Shown in pieces: positions 37,542 through 46,957 of a stretch of DNA of 64,000 nucleotides (the stretch's first letter is position 1; each line of letters opens with the position of its first letter). The notes below the pieces were generated by a model that ran no database searches, was not told where the DNA came from, and was given only the letters and a program-made list of their open reading frames with translations. Made by a program: the position numbers and the translations under genes. Origin of the DNA: a virus; IMG/VR virus record IMGVR_UViG_3300009551_000005, positions 36,494 through 100,493 of that record. One strand, written 5' to 3'.

Positions 37542-38498
37542 ATGAATCCGAGGGCTGAGACGGTCGCCGCGGTGTCGGCGGAAGTTGTGAAGAAGCACGG
37601 AAGCGGCGCGGTGCTGATGAAGGGCGAGCCCGGCGAGATCATGCTCACCGAGCGCGGAGTGGTGGACACCGGGAGCCTCTCGCTCGACCTCGCGCTGGGC
37701 GTGGGCGGGTGGCCGCGCGGTGCGATCGTTGAGCTCTTCGGCACCGACGAGGACGCCAAGAGCGCGCTGGCGTTTCACGCTTGCGCGGAGTTCGGCAAGG
37801 AGGAAGGCGTGCCCGCCATCATCGACGCGAGTCACAACGTCGACATGGAACGCGCGCTCGACATGGGCGTGGACACCTCCCGTCTCCTGGTCTCGCAGCC
37901 AGACAACGCGACGCAGGCACTTGATATCGCGGAGGTCATGACGCGCTCGGGCGCGGTGGACCTTGTGATCCTGGACTCTTTCGGCGCGCTCCTCGCGCTG
38001 GAAGACGAAGGCTTTGACCGTCGCCCTCACGTCGCGCTTCGTCAGATCTGCGCCATCGCGAAGCGCACTGGGACGACCGTCTTTTTCATCACGCGTCACG
38101 GTGACGCTCCGGTGGCCGGAGGTTGGGGCATCGGCAACTCTCTCAAGTTCTACGCCAGCCTGCGCGTGGACGTGCGTCGTGAGGACGGCGCGACTGTGGC
38201 GAACGTGTGCAAGAACAAGTTCGCGGCTCCCTTCGCACGCGGGCGGTTTCGCGTGGGACGTTCTGGTGTCGAGAAGTCCGCGGAGCTCTTCGATCTCTGC
38301 ATGAAGCGCGGTGTCATCCGGCGCACCGGCCGTCTCTTCGAGTACGTCATCGCCGGCGCGTGGTCTCCGCTCGGCAACTCCGAGGAACGAGCCATCGACG
38401 CCATCCACTCCGGCGTGGGAGCCATGCCGGGGCTGGAGGGGTATCTCCGCCAGAGCGTCATGGAGAAGGGAGCGACCGCGCCTGGGGAGGGAGCATGA
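37542..38498 (+). CDS. RecA paralogue with degenerate catalytic motifs
   Basis: TGSLSLDLALGVGGWPRG, LKFYASLRVDVR, KNKFAAPF; Walker A reads GTDEDAKS. Confidence 0.85.
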   Translation: MNPRAETVAAVSAEVVKKHGSGAVLMKGEPGEIMLTERGVVDTGSLSLDLALGVGGWPRGAIVELFGTDEDAKSALAFHACAEFGKEEGVPAIIDASHNVDMERALDMGVDTSRLLVSQPDNATQALDIAEVMTRSGAVDLVILDSFGALLALEDEGFDRRPHVALRQICAIAKRTGTTVFFITRHGDAPVAGGWGIGNSLKFYASLRVDVRREDGATVANVCKNKFAAPFARGRFRVGRSGVEKSAELFDLCMKRGVIRRTGRLFEYVIAGAWSPLGNSEERAIDAIHSGVGAMPGLEGYLRQSVMEKGATAPGEGA

Positions 38499-39157
38499 GC
38501 CTGGATCTCGAGAGGAGCATCTCCGAGCTCCGCGACGGGCGCGTGACCTTCGAGGACTTCGTTCAGGACACGCAGCCGGTCATGCAGGGCATGGCGCGGA
38601 AGATCATCAGGCAGTGGAAGGCGCCGAACTTCATGGCGCCTGAGGACGTGGCTCAGGAAGCCTTCCTCGCCGCGTGGCAGCGCGTCTGGACGTTCGACGA
38701 GAACCGCGGGACGGAGCTCCGGCGGTACGTCATGTGGAACGCGAAGGACCGCGCGACGAAGCACGTTCACAAGGCGCGCCTCGGCTCGAGGCCGCACCGG
38801 GGTGAGTGCAACATGCGGAGCGTGCAGGAGGTCCCTTCGACTCCGCACCTCCAGGATGAGGACTTGCCGGAGGGCGAGAGGCGAATGCGGCTCCCGCACG
38901 AGGAGCCAAGGCAGGAGGAAGGACTCGAGCGACGTGACGCCATCCGCCGCGCGCTCGCGGCGTGTGGACGGGGTAGGAAGGGTGCGGTGGAGCGCGCGGT
39001 GGTGTTGGCGGTGGCGGAGAAGGGGAGCATCGCGCCGGCGGCGCACGCGCTATATCGCGACCGCGCGGAGAGAAGACGCCTAGGACTACGGTCTTTGGCG
39101 CACGCGGAGGAAGTCACGTTGGCGGCGCTCGAGCGAGTCGCTGCTCGTTTGGGGTAA
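38495..39157 (+). CDS. Phage sigma-70 family factor (region 2)
   Basis: EDVAQEAFLAAWQRVWTFDENRGTELRRYV. Confidence 0.8.
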   Translation: MSLDLERSISELRDGRVTFEDFVQDTQPVMQGMARKIIRQWKAPNFMAPEDVAQEAFLAAWQRVWTFDENRGTELRRYVMWNAKDRATKHVHKARLGSRPHRGECNMRSVQEVPSTPHLQDEDLPEGERRMRLPHEEPRQEEGLERRDAIRRALAACGRGRKGAVERAVVLAVAEKGSIAPAAHALYRDRAERRRLGLRSLAHAEEVTLAALERVAARLG

Positions 39158-39201
39158 CAAGATCAACCGGCCGCGACGCGGCCACAGAAGGCGAGGACAT
39201 T

Positions 39202-40635
39202 ATGGCTGCGACGACGACCGAAGAGACGGCGACCAAGAAGGCGACCAAGAAGAGCACCCAGAAGCCCGGCGAGAGCATCATGGGGCCGCTCGTGTGTGGG
39301 ATTCACCGCGACATGACGGTGCGCGAGGTCCTGGTTGAGAACAGCGGGCTCACCGAGGAGACCGCGGCCAGCTTGCCCACCGAGGCGCTCATCCAGCTCG
39401 TGACGCGGAAGGTGCTTCGCGATTGGCCCAAGGATTCCAAGGACCTGACGCAGTGCGTGCAGTGCAAGTCCATCTCCAACAAGGAGTACGACAACTGCCT
39501 TTTCTGCGGCTCCGAGGACACGGTGAACGAGATCCTCTCGGAGAAAGTCATCGACGACTTCAAGGCCGCGTGTGAGGCTGGGGTCGCGGCTTCCGTCGGT
39601 GATCAACCGACGCCGGCGAGGGAGGCCGCGAAAGGCGAGGACACGATGGGACCGAGCACGCACACGGCTCCGGCCGGGGGCAAGAAGAACGGAACAGCGA
39701 AGGCGGAGGAGTCCACTCCGAACCTTCTCGCAGGAGGATTGCCGCCGGGCGCGAAGCCCGCGGCGACGAGCACCGCGCTCGCGAAGGCGGAGCCCAAGGC
39801 GTTGGCGAAGCCTCAGACGGAGGACGATCTCGACAACGCCATCGCGAAGTTCGAGAAGCTGAAGGCCGGCGCGATGGTCTCCATCTGGGACCTCGGTGAC
39901 TACCTTCGCAACGAGATCTACGAGACGCAGCTCTGGAAGCAGCGGACCGAAGAGGTCGAAGAGAAGGGCGGCACGACCAAGAAGCCGGGCCGCTGGAAGA
40001 CGTGGGAGAGCTTCTGCAACTCGGAGCTCCAGTGCGTGCCGGCGACGGCGATGAACTGGATGCTCATCGCGAAGACGTTCACGCGGGACGACGTCGCGCG
40101 CTGGGGTCCGACCAAGCTCGGGATCCTCGCCACGGCTCCGAAGGAGGAGCTCGACCGCGTGAAGAAGAGCATGGAGGGTGGCGCGTCCGTCCGTCAGCTC
40201 CTCGGAGAGGTGAGCGACGCGAAGAAGAAGCACCCCGGCAAGGGTGGGCGCACGCTCGGTGTTTCGCGCGGCAAGTACGGCGGAGAGGCGAGCGACGCGC
40301 AGAAGGAGGCGCGCAAGGCGAACCTCCAGAAGAACGCCAACGCCGCCAAGAGCCGCGCTCTCAAGGAGGCGGAGAAGACGCCGCGCGAGGCGAAGATCAC
40401 GGTGGCCGCCATGATCGGGAAGCTCGGGCGGATGAAGTTCTACCGGACCGACGCGGTGGCGGCGAAGGCGAAGGACAAGAAGCTCGTCGCCACGAAGATG
40501 GACCACAACCCGGTGGGCATCATCGAGCTCCCCTTCCAGAAGGGGATGCACCTGGTCATCAAGCTTAAGTCCGTCGGTTCCGATGGTGGGTGGTGCGGCG
40601 ACGCTGAGTTCAAGCGCATCGAGGAAGAGGAGTAG
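39202..40635 (+). CDS. Large hypothetical protein with zinc ribbon and Lys/Ala-rich regions
   Basis: CVQC...CLFC; WKTWESFC motif of ParB-associated DNA-binding-type domains. Confidence 0.65.
   Translation: MAATTTEETATKKATKKSTQKPGESIMGPLVCGIHRDMTVREVLVENSGLTEETAASLPTEALIQLVTRKVLRDWPKDSKDLTQCVQCKSISNKEYDNCLFCGSEDTVNEILSEKVIDDFKAACEAGVAASVGDQPTPAREAAKGEDTMGPSTHTAPAGGKKNGTAKAEESTPNLLAGGLPPGAKPAATSTALAKAEPKALAKPQTEDDLDNAIAKFEKLKAGAMVSIWDLGDYLRNEIYETQLWKQRTEEVEEKGGTTKKPGRWKTWESFCNSELQCVPATAMNWMLIAKTFTRDDVARWGPTKLGILATAPKEELDRVKKSMEGGASVRQLLGEVSDAKKKHPGKGGRTLGVSRGKYGGEASDAQKEARKANLQKNANAAKSRALKEAEKTPREAKITVAAMIGKLGRMKFYRTDAVAAKAKDKKLVATKMDHNPVGIIELPFQKGMHLVIKLKSVGSDGGWCGDAEFKRIEEEE
39593..39613. 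repeat. Degenerate palindrome copy 8 (in-frame 3-nt deletion)
   Basis: CCGTCGGTGATCAACCGACGC, encodes SVGDQPTP. Confidence 0.7.
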
Positions 40636-40676
40636 CGGCATCGCGCGCGGACGAGACCGGCGGCATCATCGGGCGC

Positions 40677-43313
40677 ATGCCCGAGTTCGTGAACGGCTTC
40701 GTCCGCGGCGGTTCCATTCACCTCCTCACGCGCACGCCGTCCGGTGTGCAGACCACGACCTACCCAGCCGAATACGTCGCCTTCGTTCGGCACGCAGATC
40801 TCCCCGGAGATCTCGAGCGCCATCTCTCCGCCTCGCAGTTCGTCTCCAGCGCCCGGCGCGAGGGCGCGTTCCTTCGCCTCGGCTTCCGCTCCCACGCTTT
40901 CCGCGACGCGCTCTGTCAGTCTCCCAAGTCACCGCTCGCGCAGCACGGCATCGCCACCTACGAGGGCGACGTCGACCCGGTGCGCCGCTGGCTGACGGAC
41001 CATCCAGAGGCGACCATCCAGAGGCCGCGCCGTTGTTGGCTCGACATCGAGACGGACTCCCGCGTGCCTGCGAAGCGCGCGAAGGAGGGAGCCGCGCGCG
41101 TCCTGTCCTGGTCCGTCATCGCGGACGACCCGCGGCGCGTCCGCTTCGACGTCCTCAAGGCAGACACCGACACCGCGGAGGCGGAGCTCCTCGGCCGTTT
41201 CTGGGAGGCGGTCGCTGACCTCGACCAGGTGCTCGCGTGGTTCGGTGACATCTTCGACTTCCCCGTCCTCAAGCTTCGCTCCAAGGCGCGGCGCGTCCGC
41301 TTTGACGAGGACCGTCTGCTTTTTCTCGATCACGCAGAGCTCTTCGAGCGGCACAACAAGAACAGCTCGCAGTCCGGCGAAGAGAAGCAGTCGATGGCGC
41401 TTCAGAACATCGCTGTGGCTTCCGGCGTCGCCGGCAAGCTCGATGAGGAGGGGCTCATCCCCGGCAAGGCTATGGGCGCGCAGACCTGGGAGATGTGGGA
41501 GGCGGGTGGCGAGTGGAGAGACCGCCTCGTGCGATACATGGTTCGCGACACGGAGACCATGCGTCGCATCGAGGGGAAGAACGGATACGTGGCGCTTCAG
41601 TCCACGATCTGCGAGGCGTGCACGCTCTTCGGTGACTCGAGGTCGCTCAAGCCGACGCGCCAGCTCGACGCGTTCATGCTCCGCTTGGGCGCAGCGCGCG
41701 GGCAGCGCTTCCCCACGCGGCGGTTCTTCGACGAGGACGTTGCCGACCAGCACGACCAGTTCAAGGGCGCCTACGTCATGGATCCCAAGGTGCGGGGCAT
41801 CGGCAAGGACATCCACGTCGTCGACTTCTCGCGCATGTATCCGGCGAACATCCTCACGTTCAACATGAGCGCCGAAACGAAGAAGCTCGTTCCGGTGACC
41901 GGTCCGATCCCTGAAGGGTGCTGCCGCACGCCCACGACGGGCGTCGGGTTCACGACCGCTGAGCCGGGGCTTCTCGTCGTCGCGTTGAAGGAGCTCCTCC
42001 GCCTCCGCAAGGAGTGGTCCAAGAAGCAGGCATCGTTGCCGCCGGGCACGACGGATTGGGAGGACGCTGGCCGCCGGTCGGTCGCTTACAAGGTCGCGGC
42101 CAACTCGTTCTACGGCGTCGTCGGCTCGCCGTTCTCGCGCTTCTTTGACCGCGCCATCGCGGAGTCGGTCACGCAGACGGGCGTGTGGCTCCTCAAGATG
42201 ACCATTCACGCCGCGGAGGAGCGCGGGTGGAAGGTGGTCTACGCGGATACCGACTCGTGCTTCGTGCAGGGTCCCACCGATGAGGAGTTCACGGCGTTCG
42301 CCAAGCATTGCAACGAGGTGCTCTATCCCGAGGCGCTCAAGAAGTGCGGCTGCGTCGAGAACGCGGTCGAGATCGCGTACGAGAAGAAGTTGAGCCGCGT
42401 CGTGTTCGTCTCCGCGAAGCGCTACATCGCGAGCTACGCGCACTACAAGGGCAAGGCCGCCACCTCCGACTCCAAGCCCGAGATCAAGGGCATCGAGTAC
42501 AAGAGAGGCGACGCCAACAAGCTCGCGCGTCGCCTCCAGGCGCAGGTCATCGATCTCCTCGTCGGCGGTCTGAAGGTGGTGGAGGGAGCGCCGTCTGATG
42601 ATCTCTCGCGCTACCACGAGCTCGTTTCCAAGATGCGCTCCCACGTGCTCGACGATGCGCTGCCGCTCGACGAGGTGCAGATCGCGCAGAAGATGACGAA
42701 GGATGCCGGCGACTACAAGAACGCTCCGCCACACGTGCGCGTCGCCAAGATGCTCGCGGAGCGTGGCGAGGACGTTCAGGAAGGCGCGCGCATCGCGTAC
42801 GTGGTGACCGACGGCTCTGTCTCGCCGATGACCGTCATCCCCGCCATCGACTACACCGGGCAGGAGGCGGACCGGCACTACATCTGGGAGGACAAGGTGT
42901 TTCCGCCGACGCGCGCGCTCCTCGAGGCCGCGTTTCCTGATGAGCCGTGGGAGCCGTGGGCCAAGACGCGTCCACCCAAGGTGCGCTCCAAGAAGAGCGC
43001 CGAAGGACAACTCGAGCTCGGGCAGCAACCGACGCTTTCTCCGCTGCCCAAGCCCTCGGAGAGTGCCGTCGGTGATCGATCACCGACGGTGAAGAAGCCG
43101 AAAGAGTTCGTGGCCGTGCTCGACCAGTCCAGGCTCCCCGGGCGCGATCTCACCGTGGTGCGCGACATCGTGGCGCGTCACCCAGGTGACCGACCGCTCG
43201 TTCTGGACCTTGGGCTCGAGGGAGGACGGCGCGCGAAGATGAGCACCATCTTCACGTGCGACGGGAGCGAGGCGCTGGCGGAGGAGCTCAAGAGGTTCCG
43301 CGCGGCATCGTGA
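40677..43313 (+). CDS. polB: Family B DNA polymerase
   Basis: Exo I DIET, Exo II FDF, DFSRMYP, KVAANSFYG, YADTDS, KRY. Confidence 0.95.
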   Translation: MPEFVNGFVRGGSIHLLTRTPSGVQTTTYPAEYVAFVRHADLPGDLERHLSASQFVSSARREGAFLRLGFRSHAFRDALCQSPKSPLAQHGIATYEGDVDPVRRWLTDHPEATIQRPRRCWLDIETDSRVPAKRAKEGAARVLSWSVIADDPRRVRFDVLKADTDTAEAELLGRFWEAVADLDQVLAWFGDIFDFPVLKLRSKARRVRFDEDRLLFLDHAELFERHNKNSSQSGEEKQSMALQNIAVASGVAGKLDEEGLIPGKAMGAQTWEMWEAGGEWRDRLVRYMVRDTETMRRIEGKNGYVALQSTICEACTLFGDSRSLKPTRQLDAFMLRLGAARGQRFPTRRFFDEDVADQHDQFKGAYVMDPKVRGIGKDIHVVDFSRMYPANILTFNMSAETKKLVPVTGPIPEGCCRTPTTGVGFTTAEPGLLVVALKELLRLRKEWSKKQASLPPGTTDWEDAGRRSVAYKVAANSFYGVVGSPFSRFFDRAIAESVTQTGVWLLKMTIHAAEERGWKVVYADTDSCFVQGPTDEEFTAFAKHCNEVLYPEALKKCGCVENAVEIAYEKKLSRVVFVSAKRYIASYAHYKGKAATSDSKPEIKGIEYKRGDANKLARRLQAQVIDLLVGGLKVVEGAPSDDLSRYHELVSKMRSHVLDDALPLDEVQIAQKMTKDAGDYKNAPPHVRVAKMLAERGEDVQEGARIAYVVTDGSVSPMTVIPAIDYTGQEADRHYIWEDKVFPPTRALLEAAFPDEPWEPWAKTRPPKVRSKKSAEGQLELGQQPTLSPLPKPSESAVGDRSPTVKKPKEFVAVLDQSRLPGRDLTVVRDIVARHPGDRPLVLDLGLEGGRRAKMSTIFTCDGSEALAEELKRFRAAS
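43066..43089. repeat. 24-bp palindrome copy 9 (perfect), in the PolB C-terminal linker
   Basis: Encodes AVGDRSPTV. Confidence 0.97.
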
Positions 43314-43320
43314 TGGTTAC

Positions 43321-43407
43321 GCGGCCTCGGAGGGACGAGCACACCGCGTTCAATTCGCGGGGTGGGGGTTCGACTCCCCGCCGCGTCTAGAAAGCCTCCG
43401 AGGCCGC
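43321..43407 (+). ncRNA. tRNA-like structured RNA lacking a D-arm
   Basis: 13-bp terminal stem; CCGCG-TTCAATT-CGCGG hairpin; GGGG-TTCGACT-CCCC T-arm; GCGGCATC motif 11 nt upstream. Confidence 0.6.
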
Positions 43408-43544
43408 GATGTCTCCTGACGAACAATCCAAGATCGAACCGTGGTGGAAGCAGCTCGCCTATCGCGTGAAGATCTGTCAGTTCCCTTGCCTTCACTGCCT
43501 TGAAGTCTGGAACTGGTTGATGGCACCGCGGCATATCCGTCCTC

Positions 43545-44180
43545 ATGCCCAGAGGAAGAGGAAAAGTGGAGGTCGCGCCGGCGGCCGAGGCAGTGCAGGA
43601 GACCGCGAACGGCGCGGGAAGTGACAACGGCGCGCAGCTCGCGCGCGAGCTCGCAGCGGCGCAGTACCCCGTGGCTGTGGAGCGCGTGAACAAGGCGGTG
43701 GAGCGCCCCATTCAGAAGGGGTTCGAGAAGATCCTCGAGACGCTCTTCATCGAAGATCCCTGGGCGACGTTTCAGGACCTCGAGCAGAAGCTCGCGCTCT
43801 TCGACCGTCGCACCGACCCAGGTTCCACGCTGGAGGCGTTGGACCTCGCGGAGACCAACGCGCGTTCGGCGCACCGTCTCTTCTGCACGGCGAAGGTCGC
43901 GCACCGCGAGTGGGAGCTCGAGAACGCGCTCGTCTTCAGCGCGATGTACGCGGAGGCCACGGCGTCGCTCCAGCAAGAGAAGGACTCCAAGGCGCGCAAC
44001 AAGGCCATCACCGACGCGGATGTCACTCACCGCGCGGTCGTGCTGTTCCCGGATGAGTACAAGGCTCAGGAGGTGCGCAAGACGAAAGTCGAGATGATGG
44101 TGAAGAGCATGGAGAACCTCGCGGACATGTGGAAGAGCCGCGTCTTCACTCTCCGTGCTATCCAAGAAGCGCAGCGGTAA
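43545..44180 (+). CDS. Helical protein, possibly a UvsY-like recombination mediator
   Basis: Coiled coil with KAITDADV; GCGGCATA-N9-ATG; lies before the SSB-like and RecA genes. Confidence 0.5.
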   Translation: MPRGRGKVEVAPAAEAVQETANGAGSDNGAQLARELAAAQYPVAVERVNKAVERPIQKGFEKILETLFIEDPWATFQDLEQKLALFDRRTDPGSTLEALDLAETNARSAHRLFCTAKVAHREWELENALVFSAMYAEATASLQQEKDSKARNKAITDADVTHRAVVLFPDEYKAQEVRKTKVEMMVKSMENLADMWKSRVFTLRAIQEAQR

Positions 44181-44263
44181 ACGCCGCCGCGCGGTAGCCA
44201 GCCCGCAATTCAGTCCCAGTTCTGTGAACCCGCGGCGCGAGCCGCATTCGAAGCGAGAAGACC

Positions 44264-45742
44264 ATGCCCACTGAGTTCAATTCCGTCGACGAGTTCCTCA
44301 AGTACCAGGTCGGCAATCGCGCCGGTCGCCTGAAGGGTTGGAGGAAGAACATCGACGAAAACCACGGCGCCGTGAAGGTCGTGTTCCACACGAAGCAGCT
44401 CCCAGTCATCCTCTGGCAGCACGCGAACATCCCGCAGATCGTCAACCGCCTGAAGGACGAGGAGGAGGTCGAGGAGCTCTGGAGCGGGAAGTGGAATTGC
44501 TGGGAGGATGAGGGCTACCTGAAGGGGCAGCGCGACTTCGACGAGAACAACAAGGTGAAGGACGTCTGGCCCACGCACTGCGGTCAGTGCCGCCTTCAGA
44601 CGTGGCTCTACCTCGAGGTGCTGAAGGGTCACATCCCGTTCTATCAGCCACTCTTCCGTTTCAGCGCCGCGGATGCGGAGCGCGACACCGTGCTCTTCGC
44701 CGGCGGGATCACCGGCCTGCACCCCGAGTTCAAGGATCTCGACAACGACACGAAGTCTCTCGTGAAGGAGTCGGGAATGGAGCTCGGCACCGCGTGGAAG
44801 CAGGAGAACTGGGCGAAGGCGGTCTGCCTCTTCACCGTCGCGCAGCTCGATGACCCGGGTCTCGGCATCATGATCTCGGAGGAGACGCAGCTCCTCTTCC
44901 AGAAGTTCCAGACGGAGCTCAGGAAGACCATCCAGAGGAAGCAGGTGGACGCGCAGGCGCGCGAGAAGGGTCTCGGCAATCCGTTTAGGAACCCCTATCC
45001 GTTCCGGTGGGATTACGACGGGAAGCCCAAGAGCAAGAAGATCTCGGACATGTACGACTGCACCGCGCTCGAAGAGCCCGTGCCCGAGGACGTTCTCAAG
45101 CTCGTGATGGGCACGCCGCCGGACATCACGAAGCAGAAGCTCCGCCACAACCAGCAGGAGATGCGCGCTTATCTCGAGGAGCACCAGATCAAGGGCGTGA
45201 AGATTCCCTGGGACGAGATCTACGACGTGCCCAAGCTCGTGGATGACAAGGACGACGCCGCGTTTCCTCACGGCGCTAACGCGCCGGCGGAGGAGAAGGG
45301 CAGGACGCCGGAGGTCAGCACCGTCGGTGATCGATCACCGACGGCTCCCGATCCCAAGGCCGCGGCGCTGGCAGAAGCGAAGGCCGCGCGTAGCATCCCG
45401 ACGGCCGAGGACGACGCCAACTTCCCGGGCGCGGTCGCCGAGTGCTGGGACGACAAGAGCGGGTGCAAGACGTGGATGTGGTCCGACGCTCATACGTGTC
45501 CGAACCCGAAGTGCGGACGCATCTGGGACCCCGAGAAGGCTGCCGCCGCGAAGGCTGCGGAGGAGGCGAAGAAGGCGGCCGAGCAGCCCGCCCAGGAGGC
45601 TCCCCGTCCGCGCGGCAGGGGACGCGGCGCCAAGGCCGCGGAGACCGCAGCTCCAGCTCAGGAAGCGCCGCCGGCGGCCGCCCAGACGACCTCCATCCCC
45701 GCGCGCGGGAAAGAGGTCGGCGGAGACAAGGTCGGTTTCTGA
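44264..45742 (+). CDS. Putative ssDNA-binding protein (gp32-like) with low-complexity tail
   Basis: H...C...CxxC zinc ligands; position beside RecA; function inferred. Confidence 0.45.
   Translation: MPTEFNSVDEFLKYQVGNRAGRLKGWRKNIDENHGAVKVVFHTKQLPVILWQHANIPQIVNRLKDEEEVEELWSGKWNCWEDEGYLKGQRDFDENNKVKDVWPTHCGQCRLQTWLYLEVLKGHIPFYQPLFRFSAADAERDTVLFAGGITGLHPEFKDLDNDTKSLVKESGMELGTAWKQENWAKAVCLFTVAQLDDPGLGIMISEETQLLFQKFQTELRKTIQRKQVDAQAREKGLGNPFRNPYPFRWDYDGKPKSKKISDMYDCTALEEPVPEDVLKLVMGTPPDITKQKLRHNQQEMRAYLEEHQIKGVKIPWDEIYDVPKLVDDKDDAAFPHGANAPAEEKGRTPEVSTVGDRSPTAPDPKAAALAEAKAARSIPTAEDDANFPGAVAECWDDKSGCKTWMWSDAHTCPNPKCGRIWDPEKAAAAKAAEEAKKAAEQPAQEAPRPRGRGRGAKAAETAAPAQEAPPAAAQTTSIPARGKEVGGDKVGF
45321..45344. 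repeat. 24-bp palindrome copy 10 (perfect), in CDS linker
   Basis: Encodes TVGDRSPTA. Confidence 0.97.
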
Positions 45743-45760
45743 CGCGGCATGATGAGCGCC

Positions 45761-46957
45761 ATGCCCAGGCGCTCACAACGTGACCAAGGGCTCTTCGCAG
45801 TGGCGAAGGAGCTCGACGACTTCAAACAGGCCGCCCACGTCCTCCGCAGAGTCCGAAGCGTGCCCACGATCTTCCCGATCGTGGACCATGCGTTCGGCGT
45901 GGGCGGCCTCCCCATCGACCGGTTCGGCCTCGTGCACGGTCCCTCCTCGGAGGGAAAGACCACGTTCACGCTCGGCCTCATCCTCTCGTTCATCATCCTC
46001 GAGCACTTCGCGCGGCTCATCGACGCGGAGCGAACGACGCCCATCACCTGGTGCGAAGGGCTCATGGCCAAGCTCGCGCACTCACCGCTTTTCGGCGCGC
46101 TTCGTCCGACCACCTATGAGGAGGTCGAAGCGAAGGTCAGGCGCGACTCGCACAAGCGGAAGAAGCTCCTCGACGAAGGCAGACTCCCCGCGAACACGAG
46201 CTGCCTCTACATCGTCGACTCCATCCGCAAGCTCACGCCGGCGAACATGTTCCAGAAGATCGCGCTCGACGCTGCCGGTAAGGCGCAGCGCGGGGGTGGG
46301 AAGCTCGGTTCCGACGGGATGGGAGGACGTGGCGCGCAGATCAAAGCCAACTACAACGCCGCGTGGTGCGACGAGCTGACGCCGCTCCTCGACGACACGG
46401 GCGCGGGGATGATCTGGATCGCGCGCGAGACGAAGGACAACGACGGCAACGAGACCGCGACGAAGATGTCCTACACGGACCAGGGCGTGAAGGTGGGAGG
46501 CGGAGCCGCGCCGTATTACGACGCGTCCTACGTCGCGCGCGTCGAGAAAGACGCGTGGGTCTACGAGAAGAAGCTCACGAAGGAGGAGCGCGAGGCTGGT
46601 GCCAAGAGCCCGATCGTGGGCGAGAGGTTCCGCGTCACCATCAGGAAGACCAAGGTCACCGGTAAGAAAGAGAAGGTGACGATGGGCTTCTTCCACACGG
46701 CCAACGGAAACCTCGAGGGCGTGCCCGAGGGGTTCGATCGACCGCGCGACGTTCTGGAGCTCGCGTTGAAGTTCGAGGTCGTCCGTCAGGGCGGGTCATG
46801 GTTCTCGTGGGACAAGACGCGCCTCGGCAACGGTGAGAACAACGTCCTCCGTCGGCTCCACGCGGAGCCGGACCTTTGCCAGCGGCTCGAGGCCGCGTGT
46901 CGCGAGCGCTTCGCCAACGTCGCGCCGGAAGTGGAGGCGGAAGATGCCGAGGCCTAG
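45761..46957 (+). CDS. recA: RecA/UvsX-like recombinase with intact motifs
   Basis: GPSSEGKTT, IDAE, IVDS, GGGAAPYYDAS; GCGGCATG-N9-ATG. Confidence 0.85.
   Translation: MPRRSQRDQGLFAVAKELDDFKQAAHVLRRVRSVPTIFPIVDHAFGVGGLPIDRFGLVHGPSSEGKTTFTLGLILSFIILEHFARLIDAERTTPITWCEGLMAKLAHSPLFGALRPTTYEEVEAKVRRDSHKRKKLLDEGRLPANTSCLYIVDSIRKLTPANMFQKIALDAAGKAQRGGGKLGSDGMGGRGAQIKANYNAAWCDELTPLLDDTGAGMIWIARETKDNDGNETATKMSYTDQGVKVGGGAAPYYDASYVARVEKDAWVYEKKLTKEEREAGAKSPIVGERFRVTIRKTKVTGKKEKVTMGFFHTANGNLEGVPEGFDRPRDVLELALKFEVVRQGGSWFSWDKTRLGNGENNVLRRLHAEPDLCQRLEAACRERFANVAPEVEAEDAEA

Noticed and set aside
43321-43407. Canonical tRNA-Leu(CAA)
   Set aside because: No D-arm, no 7-bp acceptor stem with CCA, and a pyrimidine at position 37; kept only as a tRNA-like RNA
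43409-43624. 71-aa ORF after the tRNA-like RNA
   Set aside because: No RBS or promoter motif at the right spacing, and it overlaps the next gene and its promoter; cannot be supported
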